Positions 13,113-26,266 of a DNA stretch of 64,000 nucleotides are shown here, piece by piece. The position numbers were made by a program, and so were the translations under genes. This DNA comes from Eledone cirrhosa. Lineage: Eukaryota. The stretch is taken from positions 257,300,001 through 257,364,000 of the forward strand of contig OZ024740.1 in NCBI GenBank assembly GCA_964016885.1, given 5' to 3'. Positions within the stretch are counted from its first letter, which is position 1; each line of letters opens with the position of its first letter. Under the pieces are notes generated by a model. That model ran no database searches. It had not been told where the DNA came from and saw only the letters and a list, made by a program, of their open reading frames with translations.

Positions 13113-14328
13113 TGAAGGCGCGTGGTTGAGTGGTTAGAGTATTGGATTCGCAATCGTGAGGTTGTAAGTTAGATTACCAGACTGTGTCCTTGGGCAAGAC
13201 ACTTTATTTCATGTTGCTCCTTCTACCCGGATTTGCGATTAGAAAGACCAACGGAAACATTGTGTCCGCGGTCCGATTTGACGATCGACTGTCGATATAT
13301 ATATATGAATGTATGTATAGTATATTTGGCAATATACCGTATGTTTAATTAAAAACATTTACAAGACCATTTGTTATGAGTTTTAAAGTAGTGACTATGT
13401 TACTTACTTATTTTCGACAAAAATATATATATATATATTGATTAATTAAAGGTTAATTAGTCTTAATATTTAAACATCTCAATGAGTGGAATCATTCAGA
13501 GAAGCAATATTATATATTAAATTTAAGCGAGAAAAAACTCTCTTTATGGGAGTACAAACCAAATACACAAAAACAATATTTTATCTAAACTCGTTTATAT
13601 AAAGATCTCCCTACCATAATTCCGTTTTCGGAAGAACTCACATTGAGCCGCCAATAATTGAAGAATCCGCAATACTCTCCAGTGGAGTTTAAATTCTTCA
13701 ATAGCTAAGAGACAATAAGTTATACTTATTGTTTCATTTGCCGATGTAGCATGCTGAACAAAACACCACGATGCGTAGTAGAAATATTACGATATCAAAA
13801 ATCCTTTAACATATTAGAACTATGCGACAGGCTTATGATGCCGCTAGAAATAGTAGTGGAATCACTCAGATTAGAGTATTTCGGATTCTTCAATTATTGG
13901 TGGTTCCAATAAGAATTTAGATACAACTAATGTTGACTGGACTAACTTGAAATAAAGTGTCTTGCTCACAAGCATACAATAATAAGTTGAACAACCCCAT
14001 ACCTTGGGTATTGTACAATGAGTCCCCCTCATTGTACAATACCCAAGCGCCGTCCATATAGCCTAGAAATGTCATATCAATATTGTCCTATTTAACAACG
14101 CAAAAACATAATCACAACACGTATCACGAAAGAGAAATCGTGCCCTACACAACCAAAACGCCCAAAGCAAAACAATAATGTGTTGTCCATGTGGTGTACT
14201 ATTTAAGTAGTAGCGTTTATATAAGTAGTGGATTAAATGTTTTAACACTAGGAGTTCCAACTCTCATGCGTTGATTTCATAGCCCCCTGAAGTAAACTTT
14301 CTGAAGCAAATGACTGGAGAAGGTCACT
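13113..14328. repeat. Older diverged paralog of 8249-9613 and, inverted, of 43478-44841
   Basis: First 175 bp are identical; after that, scattered substitutions and indels. Lacks the SINE tail present at about 8965-9040. Confidence 0.9.
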
Positions 14329-14536
14329 GATAATGAGTGCTAGAAGGTAAGGCGACACAAGTAGTAAACAGCTGACGAAGGGAAACTGTCCATCTCTTGT
14401 TTGTGTCGCCTTACCTTCTAACACTTGTTATCAATAACCACACAGCTTCGCCTTCCACAATCCATTTTTTTGTATTAACTATCTCGCTCAATTTGTTGTT
14501 CCTGGTCGGACTTATATCCCGCCACGCTTTTGGATC

Positions 14537-14615
<79 letters not shown>

Positions 14616-15160
14616 ACGATTGGCTTCTTTGTCCCGGTTGCACGTGCGTCGTACACCTTTTTTATTAACTCCCTTTGCCTTCTCCTCGCTCTCTCTCTCT
14701 CTATATATATATATATATCCCTCTTACGCACCACCTCTGCCTTCTACCCCGTCTCACTTCCGGTTTCTCCATCTTTCTCTCACTCTGCACTATACTGAGA
14801 ATAATAGGCATGGATTCACCTGCTCCTCTTTTATTATGGCCCTCGGACTTAAACCCAATGGCTTTGTTTAACTTGATCTATCTTCTCTTCGGTTACTCAC
14901 TTATATGTGTCATTGTCCTGTGTTCCCCTTCTATCAGTATGTTTACTTCGCCCCTTTTTTCTTCGCCCCTTTTTTCTTTCTTTTTCTCTCACCTCGCTAT
15001 CACTTCTTTCCCCCATAGCTTTTTGATAGATAAAAGGCTATGGGCACGCTATAGATATATATTCTGTTTATAATGCGTCGAAACATCCATGACCCGTAGT
15101 AAACAGCTGACGAAGGGAAATTCTCCATCTTTTGTTTGTGTTGCCTTACCGTCTAACACT
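14329..15160 (+). mobile_element. Degenerate Neptune-like PLE with pLTR direct repeats and an inverted 5' tail
   Basis: gtagtaaacagctgacgaagggaaa..gccttacc at 14361-14425 and 15096-15160. 14329-14360 is an inverted copy. FIMALGLKPNG resembles a GIY-YIG C-terminus. Confidence 0.55.
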
Positions 15161-15512
15161 ATATATATATATTTGTGTGTATGTATATATATGTGTTTGT
15201 GTGTATGTATATATATATTTATATATATCGTAATCCACCTAGTTGCGATGTTAGAACTCAATGTGTCCTTGGAAGGATGGTTGCGGCGAGATTTGGCAGT
15301 GTGACCATTAGTTTTTGTTGTAGGTGATTGCCGCTTAAGGTATACTCGAAGAAAATACGGCCGGGATACAGAGTCATTTTCATATATGTGTTTGTGTATA
15401 TAACAAAAAAAGTCATGTGTAGGTAGATAGTTAGTTTATTGTTTTGCGATCGTTTCAGAGGGTCAATTGATCGATGGAGATCGATGTATCAACTAGCTTG
15501 GTAGTGGGTAAT

Positions 15513-15624
15513 TTACTACCTATTTATTATCTCGAAATCCCTGATCAATCGGCCGTCTTTCTCAGAAATATCCCGAGTAAACAGCGGACAGAAGTGGGAT
15601 TTCGAGACTAGAAATAGGTAGTAA
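15513..15624. mobile_element. Small MITE-like foldback with 29-bp inverted ends
   Basis: ttactacctatttattatctcgaaatccc ... gggatttcgagactagaaataggtagtaa. Confidence 0.55.
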
Positions 15625-15716
15625 CTTAACCACTACCATGCTTATCGATACATCCGTTTTTCACTCTTCGCGGGTGGTCTATGTACGTAACCCCCGCGAA
15701 TACCTTAGAGCAACTG

Positions 15717-15822
<106 letters not shown>

Positions 15823-16104
15823 AACGGAGAGAGTGAGGGGGAAAGAGAGAGAGGAAGGGAAAATAAAAGATAGATAGATAGATAGATATGGGGGGAATAG
15901 AGAAAGAGAATGTTAGTGAGAGAGAATGCGATAGAGAGAGAGATGAAGGGGAGGGGTATTTCTGAGTTCTCCAACGATAATTGTACCAATAATTCTGCAA
16001 TATTAATTCATCAAATCGAAATATTTTATCTCGTTCTGCAATCTTTTCATTAGATATTTTTTTTAATTTCTGGTTTTTGTTGTTGATTTTGCGTACCACA
16101 GTCA

Positions 16105-16545
16105 TAGAGATGATGATGATATTAATGCTGAAGATGGTGGAGGTGGTGGTGATGGAGATGTGGGTGATGATTATGTTGATATTTATGATAGTGATGTTGA
16201 CGTGGTAGAAAGCGATGGTGGTAGCGATAATGATAATGTTCCTGATATTAGTTGTAATGGTGGTGGTGGTGGTGTTGGTGTTGGTGTTGGTGATAGTAGT
16301 GTTAGTGATAGCTGTGTTTTTATTGGTGCTGATTTTGTTGTTGGTGGTGTTGGTACTGTTTCTGGTGGTGATGTTGGTGATGTCACTGATGGTTAAGTTT
16401 ATGAAGGTTATTGTAGTTGGCATGGTAATGGTGACAATAATGATGTTCATGATGGTTCTTCTGATGTTCATAATCGTGATGATAATAATGGTGGTGTTGA
16501 TCATGATAGTGGTGATTATAATGTTGTGTTGTTTATTATGGTAAT
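16105..16545. repeat. Degenerate (GAT/GGT/GTT)n low-complexity tract
   Basis: Trinucleotide mosaic that explains the long I/T/N-rich and V/M-rich ORFs. Confidence 0.9.
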
Positions 16546-18065
16546 GCTAATGGCGGCATACTTGAAAACAGAACATTGATAAAAGTGATTAATGCTGATC
16601 TTTTGTAGAGGTACAAAAATTGAGTGACGAAGAAGTGAAATGATGAGAAAGTGAATCTTTTGTAGTATGGTAGAAGAGAAGTGAGAGTTAGTCTACTAGT
16701 GGTTAGAGCCTCATTCATGAGTCGTTATCAGTCATTTAAATAGTTTTCTTTTGGAATCGGTTTTGTATATTTGCGGATTAAACATGAGCGAAGTTTCAAT
16801 TAGTGAGAGCTATATTTTAAGTTGCAGGAAACTTTAGCATTTTTAGATCAGAAAATACCTCAGCTTTTCTATTTTGAGCTATTTTCTGCCATCCAACAAA
16901 ACCTAGGATCGGCCCCTGGGTACTTATTGCCATATGCTAGTGCTACAATGGGCACCCTCTCCCAGTTACCCAAAATAAAATAATTTCAACTTACAGTTTG
17001 AGAAGTTAAAAAGAAAACACTTGTGATACATTTTCCTTTGACCACACAAACTTTGCCATGCCTGCTTTTTCTACTACAGAATTAAAACGCGAATCCTATG
17101 TCAGCGCAAAACACCATACGACCTTCACCACAGCTTTAGATAAATCTACGAAGCACACGCACCTGTTCGTTTTCATTTCAATTTTTTTTAAATTAAATTA
17201 CCCAGTCGCTTAGTTTAATAACCGGATGGTTGTTTACTTGTTGAGTGTCAAAGCGCTTTTATCACACATTGCGAATTCCTCATTGACTACTTTTGTTGTT
17301 ACTTTGAGTCTCTCATTTGTTCCTTTTTATACCATCTTATATATATATATGCATTGAATGTATTGTATTATAGTAGATTCCCATGACGCCATATAGTGAG
17401 TGCATAGTTAAACGACGGAGAGTGTGGAGCTTGTGATATTGATGTCATAATTTTGACAGGACAGTCATAACTCCCATGCTCATATTGATATTTATATATC
17501 AAATTATTCATCTGCGAAACTTTGTTATTTACCAGTCTGTGCACTACTACTCTGTACATGTTAATTCTGAAGATGAGGATGTGAAAGCCTCGAACCTTAA
17601 TGCACACACAGATTTAAGAGCGTTATTGATACAGACTAACCAAACAACTTCAAAGGAAATATGAAACATCCTTAATAAAAATGATCAAATGCGAGTATAA
17701 TTTTTCAATATAACATGTTTGAAAGAAAATATGTTTTCTATATACTCACATACAAACAGAGACATCGAGGTACATGCAGGGACACAAACATATATGTGGG
17801 TGTGTGTTGTGTATATATATATATATATATTTCATTACTACAAGTATTGAGAGCTCTTTCAATTAATGAAATACATATTCCTAAACTTTTCGTATTTATC
17901 GTTGTTTTTCTATTCGGTCGTATTTCTTGGTGTCGCACTTTTTAACTGTTGGGTTTTACTCTGGACGATAATGTTTAGCTTCTCGATCCATTGAGTCCTT
18001 TATGATTGCTCCAAACAACTCGATTAGTACCTGCTATATGGCGGCTACAATTTCGATCCATACCC

Positions 18066-18098
<33 letters not shown>

Positions 18099-18147
18099 GG
18101 GGGGGGGGCGTTAGTGAATGAATAATAATAATATAATAATATCATAA

Positions 18148-19000
18148 AATTATTAATATTCGGTTTGTTTACAAGTAAACAGCCTCATAAAACACTACGT
18201 GGTAGACGAAAATGTCCTGAGAGCAAAAATCGACAATTGACAATTGTTTCGGAGTGTCTTGGTCCTTGTCAAGATTGTGTATTCTGATTTTTACTGCTAA
18301 TCGCTGGAACTACCGAGAATACAAAGTGTTTTCAAATGTAAGCATACCAGGCGATTTTACAGCTGGCCTTGCCTAAAAAAAAAAATGTGTTTTCGCTTTT
18401 AACGTGGTGGATACCTAAATGAATTCTCCTAGTAATAATGTATATAGTTTCAGTGGTGCAAAGATCGCAGACGCGCTAAAAAGCTGGAATCACTTATGGA
18501 AACGATTTTGTGAACGTGCGCCAAGACAGAAAATATTGTACACGGTCAGATTTAAGCCTCAATATGTGTTCGGATAGTACCGTGTTTCGTCTCCTATCTA
18601 TCCGGTTAAAGGAGTGGCGATGATTGTACCATCTATCCTTACAACTAGTCCTTGTTACGCCGATGTAGTTATACGTTTCATCACTAGTGTTAAATCTATT
18701 TTCATACATTATATTTCTATGGAGTCATTTATATTGCATAGGGCAGTTGGCTGGAATCCTGCAGTTACAGTTGATGTTACTATCGCGTGTTGTGTTACGG
18801 TTATATCTGTCTGTTTATTTCGCTCTCTGCTGTGGGTTACTGGAATGGTGTCTATTTTGTCTATTATTCCATGTCCTTATTATGTTTTCGTAATGTCCAG
18901 GGTTATGTTCCGTAGTGTGTGCGTTTGCGTTATGTTCAATCTACAATTTTTAAAAGTTAATCCTGGCTATGTTTTGGGCAAGGTTTTTGGTGGTAGAATA
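18148..19000 (-). mobile_element. PLE (Hydra-clade-like) 3' fragment: CxCx4CPx4C linker, GIY-YIG, pLTR
   Basis: CNCRIPANCPMQYK*LHRNIMYE..YNYIGVTRTSCKDRWYNHRHSF..LSEHILRLK..W..CDLCTTE. Degenerate HHR at about 18225-18275. Confidence 0.8.
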
Positions 19001-19494
19001 TGATAGATTAACTGTGTGTCTATTAAATATCATGCTGTATCAACAAAGTAATATTCATATTCATCTGAAGCACTCCAACAATTATATGATTTAAAAAAAG
19101 ATATATTTAATGCAGACCTGATGTTATATTACAAATCATAACATTTCATACAGAAAAAAAATATATGTGTGTGTGTGAGAAAGAGAGAGAGAGTAAAAGG
19201 TAAACAGAAATAACAACACAATCGGTATAGTGTATGGAAGGAATATAAATATTCTACCTACTACATTTATTACTAAATAATCAATAATATTTAATTATAT
19301 ATAATAAAGATATATTATTAAAAACATTAATAAATAATTATTTTAAAGAATATAAATAAATAATTATGCTTCAGCTTATTATTTCGGAAGTTAAAGGAAG
19401 GTGATTTGATGAGTTAAGTCTGTGTTAGATTTAAAGAGTAGATAATTGTTTATCGGGAGTAAAGGAGGATTTGAAATAAGTAGTAAAATATCAC

Positions 19495-20720
19495 ATGACA
19501 GGTGCAATGTGTCCGAACACGAAAGAGCCGACCTCCCACTGACATCACCTCACCCTCCCGAAGGCGGCGAGCACTGTGGCGACAGGAAAGCGGGCGGAAG
19601 CCGAAAGAGTGCACGGTGGATCCGCAGTGACATTTGTGTAGCTGGCAGATCCGGAGGACAAGTTTCAGGGAAACGCCGGTGCGCAGGCGTCGTTGTCCAG
19701 CTGCGTGCCGGTGGAGAAGGGGGGTAAGGCATAGAGCCAGTCACTACTGTGAGGTTTGGATGCCGGGCGAAAACAGGCAAGGCGGTGCTGGTCGAGCTTG
19801 TGCGTTAGCCTATCTGAGGCCAGGCTGCACTGAATGGCATCCCAAATACTTTGGGGGACTTGACTTCAGCAGGCGGAGAGGAGGAGGGACGTTTACTGGG
19901 CTAAGTCCCACGTCTCGCAGGGCGGCTTCACGTTCCTCGATCACAGAGGGTTCCATTGCGTTTAGGAGAACCCTGCTGACGAGAATGCGGCATGAGGTTA
20001 CCGTTAAAGAAACGCCGGCAAAGCCAGCGAGATCGGGGACCGGAGACCAAGGCCACCATATCTAATAGGTAAAGTGGCCTGTTGCCATCTAATGTCGTCA
20101 AAGCTGACGTTGCATATCTCCGAGCTGATACAAGTATGAAAACCAGCGATGAGAGATGCGTGGCTGTAAGACGGGGCGCTGCGAAGGGTATAGAGGAGCT
20201 TCGGCATGGCGAAGCAGTTCCTCAACAGGAAGAGGGCTGGGTGGCCGTCAATCATGCCCAGTCGGCTCGTGAGGTCTTGAGTTGCTGGAACCTGAACCTG
20301 ATGGTGCAGCGGATGGCCTGCGGGTGGATCGGTGACCCGATGATGACATCCTCTTTGGGATCACCTGTACCTGGAGAATGGACCGCACGTCTGAGACGTA
20401 GGCTGCAAAGATCTCAGCATCGTGGTTGACATTCACCACCTCCGACTTGGACGAGTTAATCTGGTGGCCAATTCACACCAGAGCAGGAACCATCAATTGC
20501 AGGTCGTGGCAGACGGTCTCTTCGGGCCCGCCCAACGTAACATCATCCAAGTACGATCCGCAAAAAAGAGGCCTCGGGTGTGAGGGTCCAGGGCGCCATG
20601 GATAAACCTATTGATGAGTGTCACAATTGCAATAAGAAGGCGGCGCCCGGCTTCAGTGGAGAGGGGAGATAACAACTCCATGAGTAGGCCAGGTCGGAGA
20701 TTATCAGCACCTCCGCTGTT
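19495..20720 (-). mobile_element. CRE-clade non-LTR retrotransposon, internally deleted remnant
   Basis: SGGADNLRPGLLMELL..AGRRLL; HPALFLLRNCFAMPKLLYTLRSAP..WQQATLPIRYGGLGLRS..LALPAFL. GC-rich island. Confidence 0.8.
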
Positions 20721-21169
20721 TATCCAAATAATATTGATGGGTGCATATATTTGAATTAATATGTTAAGTATTTACATTTATTTAAGTGGTAATATATATA
20801 TATAGCCACTATCTATAATTTACTCAACTGAGCCTTTATTATGGCAATGAGACTAAGTAACCTTAATAGATCCGAAATACATATCATTTCAACAGCTCGT
20901 AAGACTATAATCGAATTTTATCGGTGCCTACGGACACTTCAAAATACACCAAATAACTTTGATATCACAATGGGATCCAGTTACTCAGCCAAGCCACAAA
21001 TCTTGTCAGACTATATCTAAGAGTAATTAGCATAAATATATCATACCTAAAAGGTGGTTTGTACCGAGATGATTCTCTTGTTGTCCCTGAGTATAAGAAA
21101 CACAGCATAGAAAGAACTAGAAAAGACTTACATAAACTATTTAACAAACAATAACCTAGGTATAACTAA

Positions 21170-22140
21170 AGACATAAATATTAAAATGGTCAATTCTTTA
21201 GATGTAAATTTAGACGTTACCATAAATGAGGGAAGCACGTCTGGTACGTAGATAAAATCAATCTACCCGAAAACAATATTTAAGTCAATAGTTGAAGATA
21301 TATCTAATAGAATTAGCACCTTTTCTTATAATGAAACTAACCGAAATGCACCACATTATAATAAAGCTTTATTTCGATCAGGCCACACTAATAAAATTGG
21401 ATATATAGATGGTAGTATAAATGAGGGTAGACCAAATAATATAATATCATATAATATGGCAATGAATAAATACAAATTAAAATACCATAATGATAATCTA
21501 AATAACCGTACAATAGATAGGAATACACAGACAAATACCAATATTATAGAGAATAATAGTAAGAAACATATTAAGAAAAATAAAATAAACACACATATAT
21601 GCTTACTCTTTAAACCCCGCATAAAACCAGCAACCCAAAATATTATGACCATTAAATCTAAACAACCAGAAACCCCCACAGATAAATCTACATACACAAT
21701 TAAGCAGCATAATAATATAAACATAAGCCAAAATAACAACAATAAAAGAAATTGCAGACGATTAAACACATTTTGAACCCACCATTTAATTTTAAAATAT
21801 TTCTAATATACGTAAGCTCTAATTCTCTATAAAAGTTAGGAAATTCTCCCCTGGGCATAGATACCATAGACTAATTAATAAAATACAATTAAACAGTTTC
21901 GCAACTACACCTAATATAGCCGCAAAATTGGCTTTTTGGAACGCTAGAAAATAAAAAAAACACATCAAATCATTTCAAATGAATATTAGCTCTCCGCGAT
22001 TGAATTTATCCAACAAAAATAACGTTTCAAATAATAATACTAATGACCTAATACCTGATAATATAAATAGCATACAAATTACAGCTAACTCATCAAATAA
22101 TATGAATCACAACACATATATATATATATACTATCACAAA
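21170..22140 (+). mobile_element. PLE (Hydra-clade-like) RT thumb remnant with Asn-rich insertions
   Basis: MVNSLDVNLD, ISNRISTFSYNE, APHYNKALFRSG, PPFN and GHRYHRLINKNTIK motifs occur in the expected order. Confidence 0.7.
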
Positions 22141-22272
22141 AATACTGCATCTCTATGATGTAGTGTTTGTGCATAGTAGCCACGAAACTGCGCAGTCGAG
22201 GATGTTGAGAATATTGGGTATATATATATTTTTATTTAATTTATGTTTAATGTTTCTTCTTTCTTTATAATG

Positions 22273-22312
<40 letters not shown>

Positions 22313-22349
22313 TTATATATAAATGTGTATGTGTGTGTATGCATAAATA

Positions 22350-22425
<76 letters not shown>

Positions 22426-22954
22426 TTGTTTAAATATATAGGCACCCGTTTACGTGTGTTTTACTGAGATACAACCGGTCCTGGCATTGATAAATATGCT
22501 GGGTCCGTCAACTCCTTATTATATATATGTATATATATTTAAGGTAAAAAGAGTATTAACACAGATAATCAGTACCGTATAAATATATATATAAACAGAA
22601 GAGGTGTACGGGATAACATTTTGGGTTACCTTAGCAAAGGTTAAGATTAATCTGTACCGAGGAATTCTACAGCGTATGGTAGTAGTAGACTCAACAAATT
22701 ATTTACTTACTTCGGTGTTTTGGAGGGTAGTTCCTGAAAGTTCCGAGATTAGTAGATTTTGGAATAGTAAAAACAGGTGAAATGTATTTGAATATATTAA
22801 GTTTCAACAAGGTAACATTCATATTCATCTGATGCAATCCAACAATTATTGATTAAAGAAAAAAAAATGTACTGCAGAGCTGGTGTTTATATTACAAATC
22901 ATGAAATTTCACACAATGTATATATATATATATATATATATATAATTTAAGCCC

Positions 22955-23012
<58 letters not shown>

Positions 23013-23059
23013 GCTTAAATTCTATATATATATATCGGCTTAAATGATATATATATATA

Positions 23060-23851
23060 AATTGTAAAAATGAAACGAAATTTCATTTCTCACTCATAGT
23101 ACGACTGTTACTTAAATATACATACATATATGTATACAGACGTACAGTAGTATGTATATATATATATACATACAAGCACACACATATATATGTACCTATG
23201 GGTTTACCGAACATTTATTCTAATGCTCGGTTTGTTTGTAAACAAACAGCCCGAATTAAGTCGTACAGTGTCTAGCAACCATCGTTGCCCTTTTGTTCAA
23301 CACTGACAAAGGAACGATGTTCTAGTTTCAAACTTATTAGCTATCGTCATCATCGAATACCTTCCTGCCAGATGATTGAACGTCTGAAAGTATATACTTT
23401 CCTTATGCATATTAACGGTTGAGCAGCCTAATTTGCATATCGACAAAACATTTGCATATGTTCAAAAGGGCAACGATGGTTGCTAAACACTGTACGGCTT
23501 AAATCGGTCTGTTTGTTCCTTTTTTCCATTTATCATTTTCGGTGCGCCCGGCCGACTAACTCACTCGATATACTTTCAGACGTTCAATCATCTGGCAGGA
23601 AGGTATACGATGCTGACGATAGCTAATAAGCTTGAAACTAGTACATCGTTCCTTTGTCAGTTTGAACAAAATGGCAACGATGGTTGCTAAACACTGTACA
23701 GCTTAATTCGGGCTGTTTGTTTACAAACAAACCGAGCATTATAATAAATGTTCGGTAAATCCATACGTACACATATATATGTGTGCTTGTATGTATATAT
23801 ATATACATACTACTGTACGTCTGTATACATATATGTATGTACGTGTACATA

Positions 23852-23857
<6 letters not shown>
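23060..23857. mobile_element. HHR family A, head-to-head pair with patchwork centre
   Basis: Minus copy 23060-23443, plus fragment 23460-23518, plus copy 23519-23857. Confidence 0.8.
23582..23667 (+). ncRNA. Intact type I hammerhead ribozyme (family A)
   Basis: ACGATG-CTGACGA-T-AGCT-AATA-AGCT-T-GAAA-CTAG-TA-CATCGT (23607-23649). Stem I extends through AAGG/CCTT, CTGGCA/TGTCAG and GTTCAA/TTGAAC. Confidence 0.85.
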
Positions 23858-23921
<64 letters not shown>

Positions 23922-24304
23922 TGTCTCTCTTCCTCTTTATGGTACAGTCTATGAACAAAAAAAGCAGAAATATCAAATCAAACAATCCTAAATATTTGTT
24001 GTTTTTCTTGTCTGTCACGAGGAGTCGTCAATGATTTTGGGATGTCATGTACATGGTTAAATCCCTTCATAGCGGCGGGGCATGAACTGGCCTGTAAACA
24101 AGGGGGACAGAGTAAGAGGACGGTTTGACCTGTAGGTGCCAAGCCGGTAAGGCGTTAACAGAGAAATCTTTACAGCTATCTTTCATTTATAGAGGCGGTA
24201 ACCTACAATTCAAAGAAGTAAGAAAGTAATTTAAGCACGTAAGAATCATGTAAGAATCAGTTGCTAATCTTCCTTAGGTTAACCCGGAGTACTAACACGG
24301 ATAA

Positions 24305-24637
24305 GCGATATAATAGTGTTTATTTCAAGCGTTAACACATGTTTCATCGCCTGATTATAAATTAATTCTTGTCTTGAAACCGCTATCATCAATAATGGAT
24401 TGACAATCGTGATATTTTATTTTAAATACATAACGTAATATAACTATCAGGTGAATTTTTAAAATACTGATACGTATTTTGAAAATTGACCTGGTAGCTA
24501 TATTATTTTAGGTATTTAATATCGAATTTCACAACTTTCAATTGATTATTGATGACAGCGGTTTCTAAACAAGAATCAATTCCTAATCAGGCGATGAAAC
24601 ATGTGTTAATGCTTGGAATAAACCCTATCATATCGCA
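24305..24637. mobile_element. Foldback element with about 100-bp diverged inverted arms
   Basis: ttaacacatgtttcatcgcctgatta (24332) versus taatcaggcgatgaaacatgtgttaa (24584). Confidence 0.7.
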
Positions 24638-24901
24638 TTTCACAGTCTGTATACATATATGTATGTACGTGTACATACTTATATTTAAGTAACAGCTGTA
24701 CTAAGTGTGAGAAATGAAATTTCGTTTCATTTTTTCCATTTATATATATATGATTTAAGCCGATATATATATATATATATATATAATTTAAACCCATATA
24801 TATATATATATTTATATATATATATATATATGGGCTTAAATTATATATATATATATATATATATATTTAAAAGAATAGAGGTGTAACACACGAGTTGTGA
24901 T

Positions 24902-25709
<808 letters not shown>

Positions 25710-26266
25710 TGTGTGTAATTTCATGATTTGTAATATAAACATCAGGTCTGCAGTAAATATATATTTTTTTTAATCAATAATTGTTGGATTGCATCAGATG
25801 AATATGAATTTTACCTTGTTGAAACTTAATATATTCAAATTTATTTTAGGAAAACATTTAATACAAATGACACCATTTTAAAAAATATAAACTCACTCTA
25901 AGAAACATAAATCCTCTCTAAGAAACTAACAATCTATATTATTTTCGTAACTACGATATTTTTTTAACTACGATGTTTTCGAATTGTATTCTTAACTGTA
26001 AACTTAAATCGTGATACTTTGATGAGTGATATATATATATATATAATCTTTTCTATTTGTTTTTTTCTGAAGTGACTTGTATTGGTATTTTAATTAAACT
26101 ATGACGACACCCACAGTCTATGATCACAAATGGTTAATTGTTAAATAAAATGATTTGATATATGTAACATAACCCAGGTAGAAACAATTGTCAGTTATAA
26201 ATGTGCTAAACACTTAAATTCTTTGGTTTGTTAACAAACTGTTAATCTCATATATATATATATATA

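Noticed and set aside
16860-16990. Minus-strand YFILG-LGEGAH, like a kinase glycine loop
   Set aside because: Needs a frameshift, is followed by stops, and has no VAIK motif. The adjacent caggggccgatcctagg looks more like a DNA-transposon end.
17368-17664. Non-repetitive ORFs on both strands
   Set aside because: No recognisable domain or consistent splice structure.
18725-18727. In-frame TGA at a conserved Cys of the PLE linker, suggesting selenocysteine as in some Naiad PLEs
   Set aside because: This copy also has a TAA stop and frameshifts, the other Cys codons are normal, and no SECIS was recognised. A single TGY-to-TGA mutation suffices.
24548-24610. TTGATGA...GAAACATGTG hammerhead-like motif
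   Set aside because: The core C and a cleavable triplet are absent in both arms, and there is no stem II.
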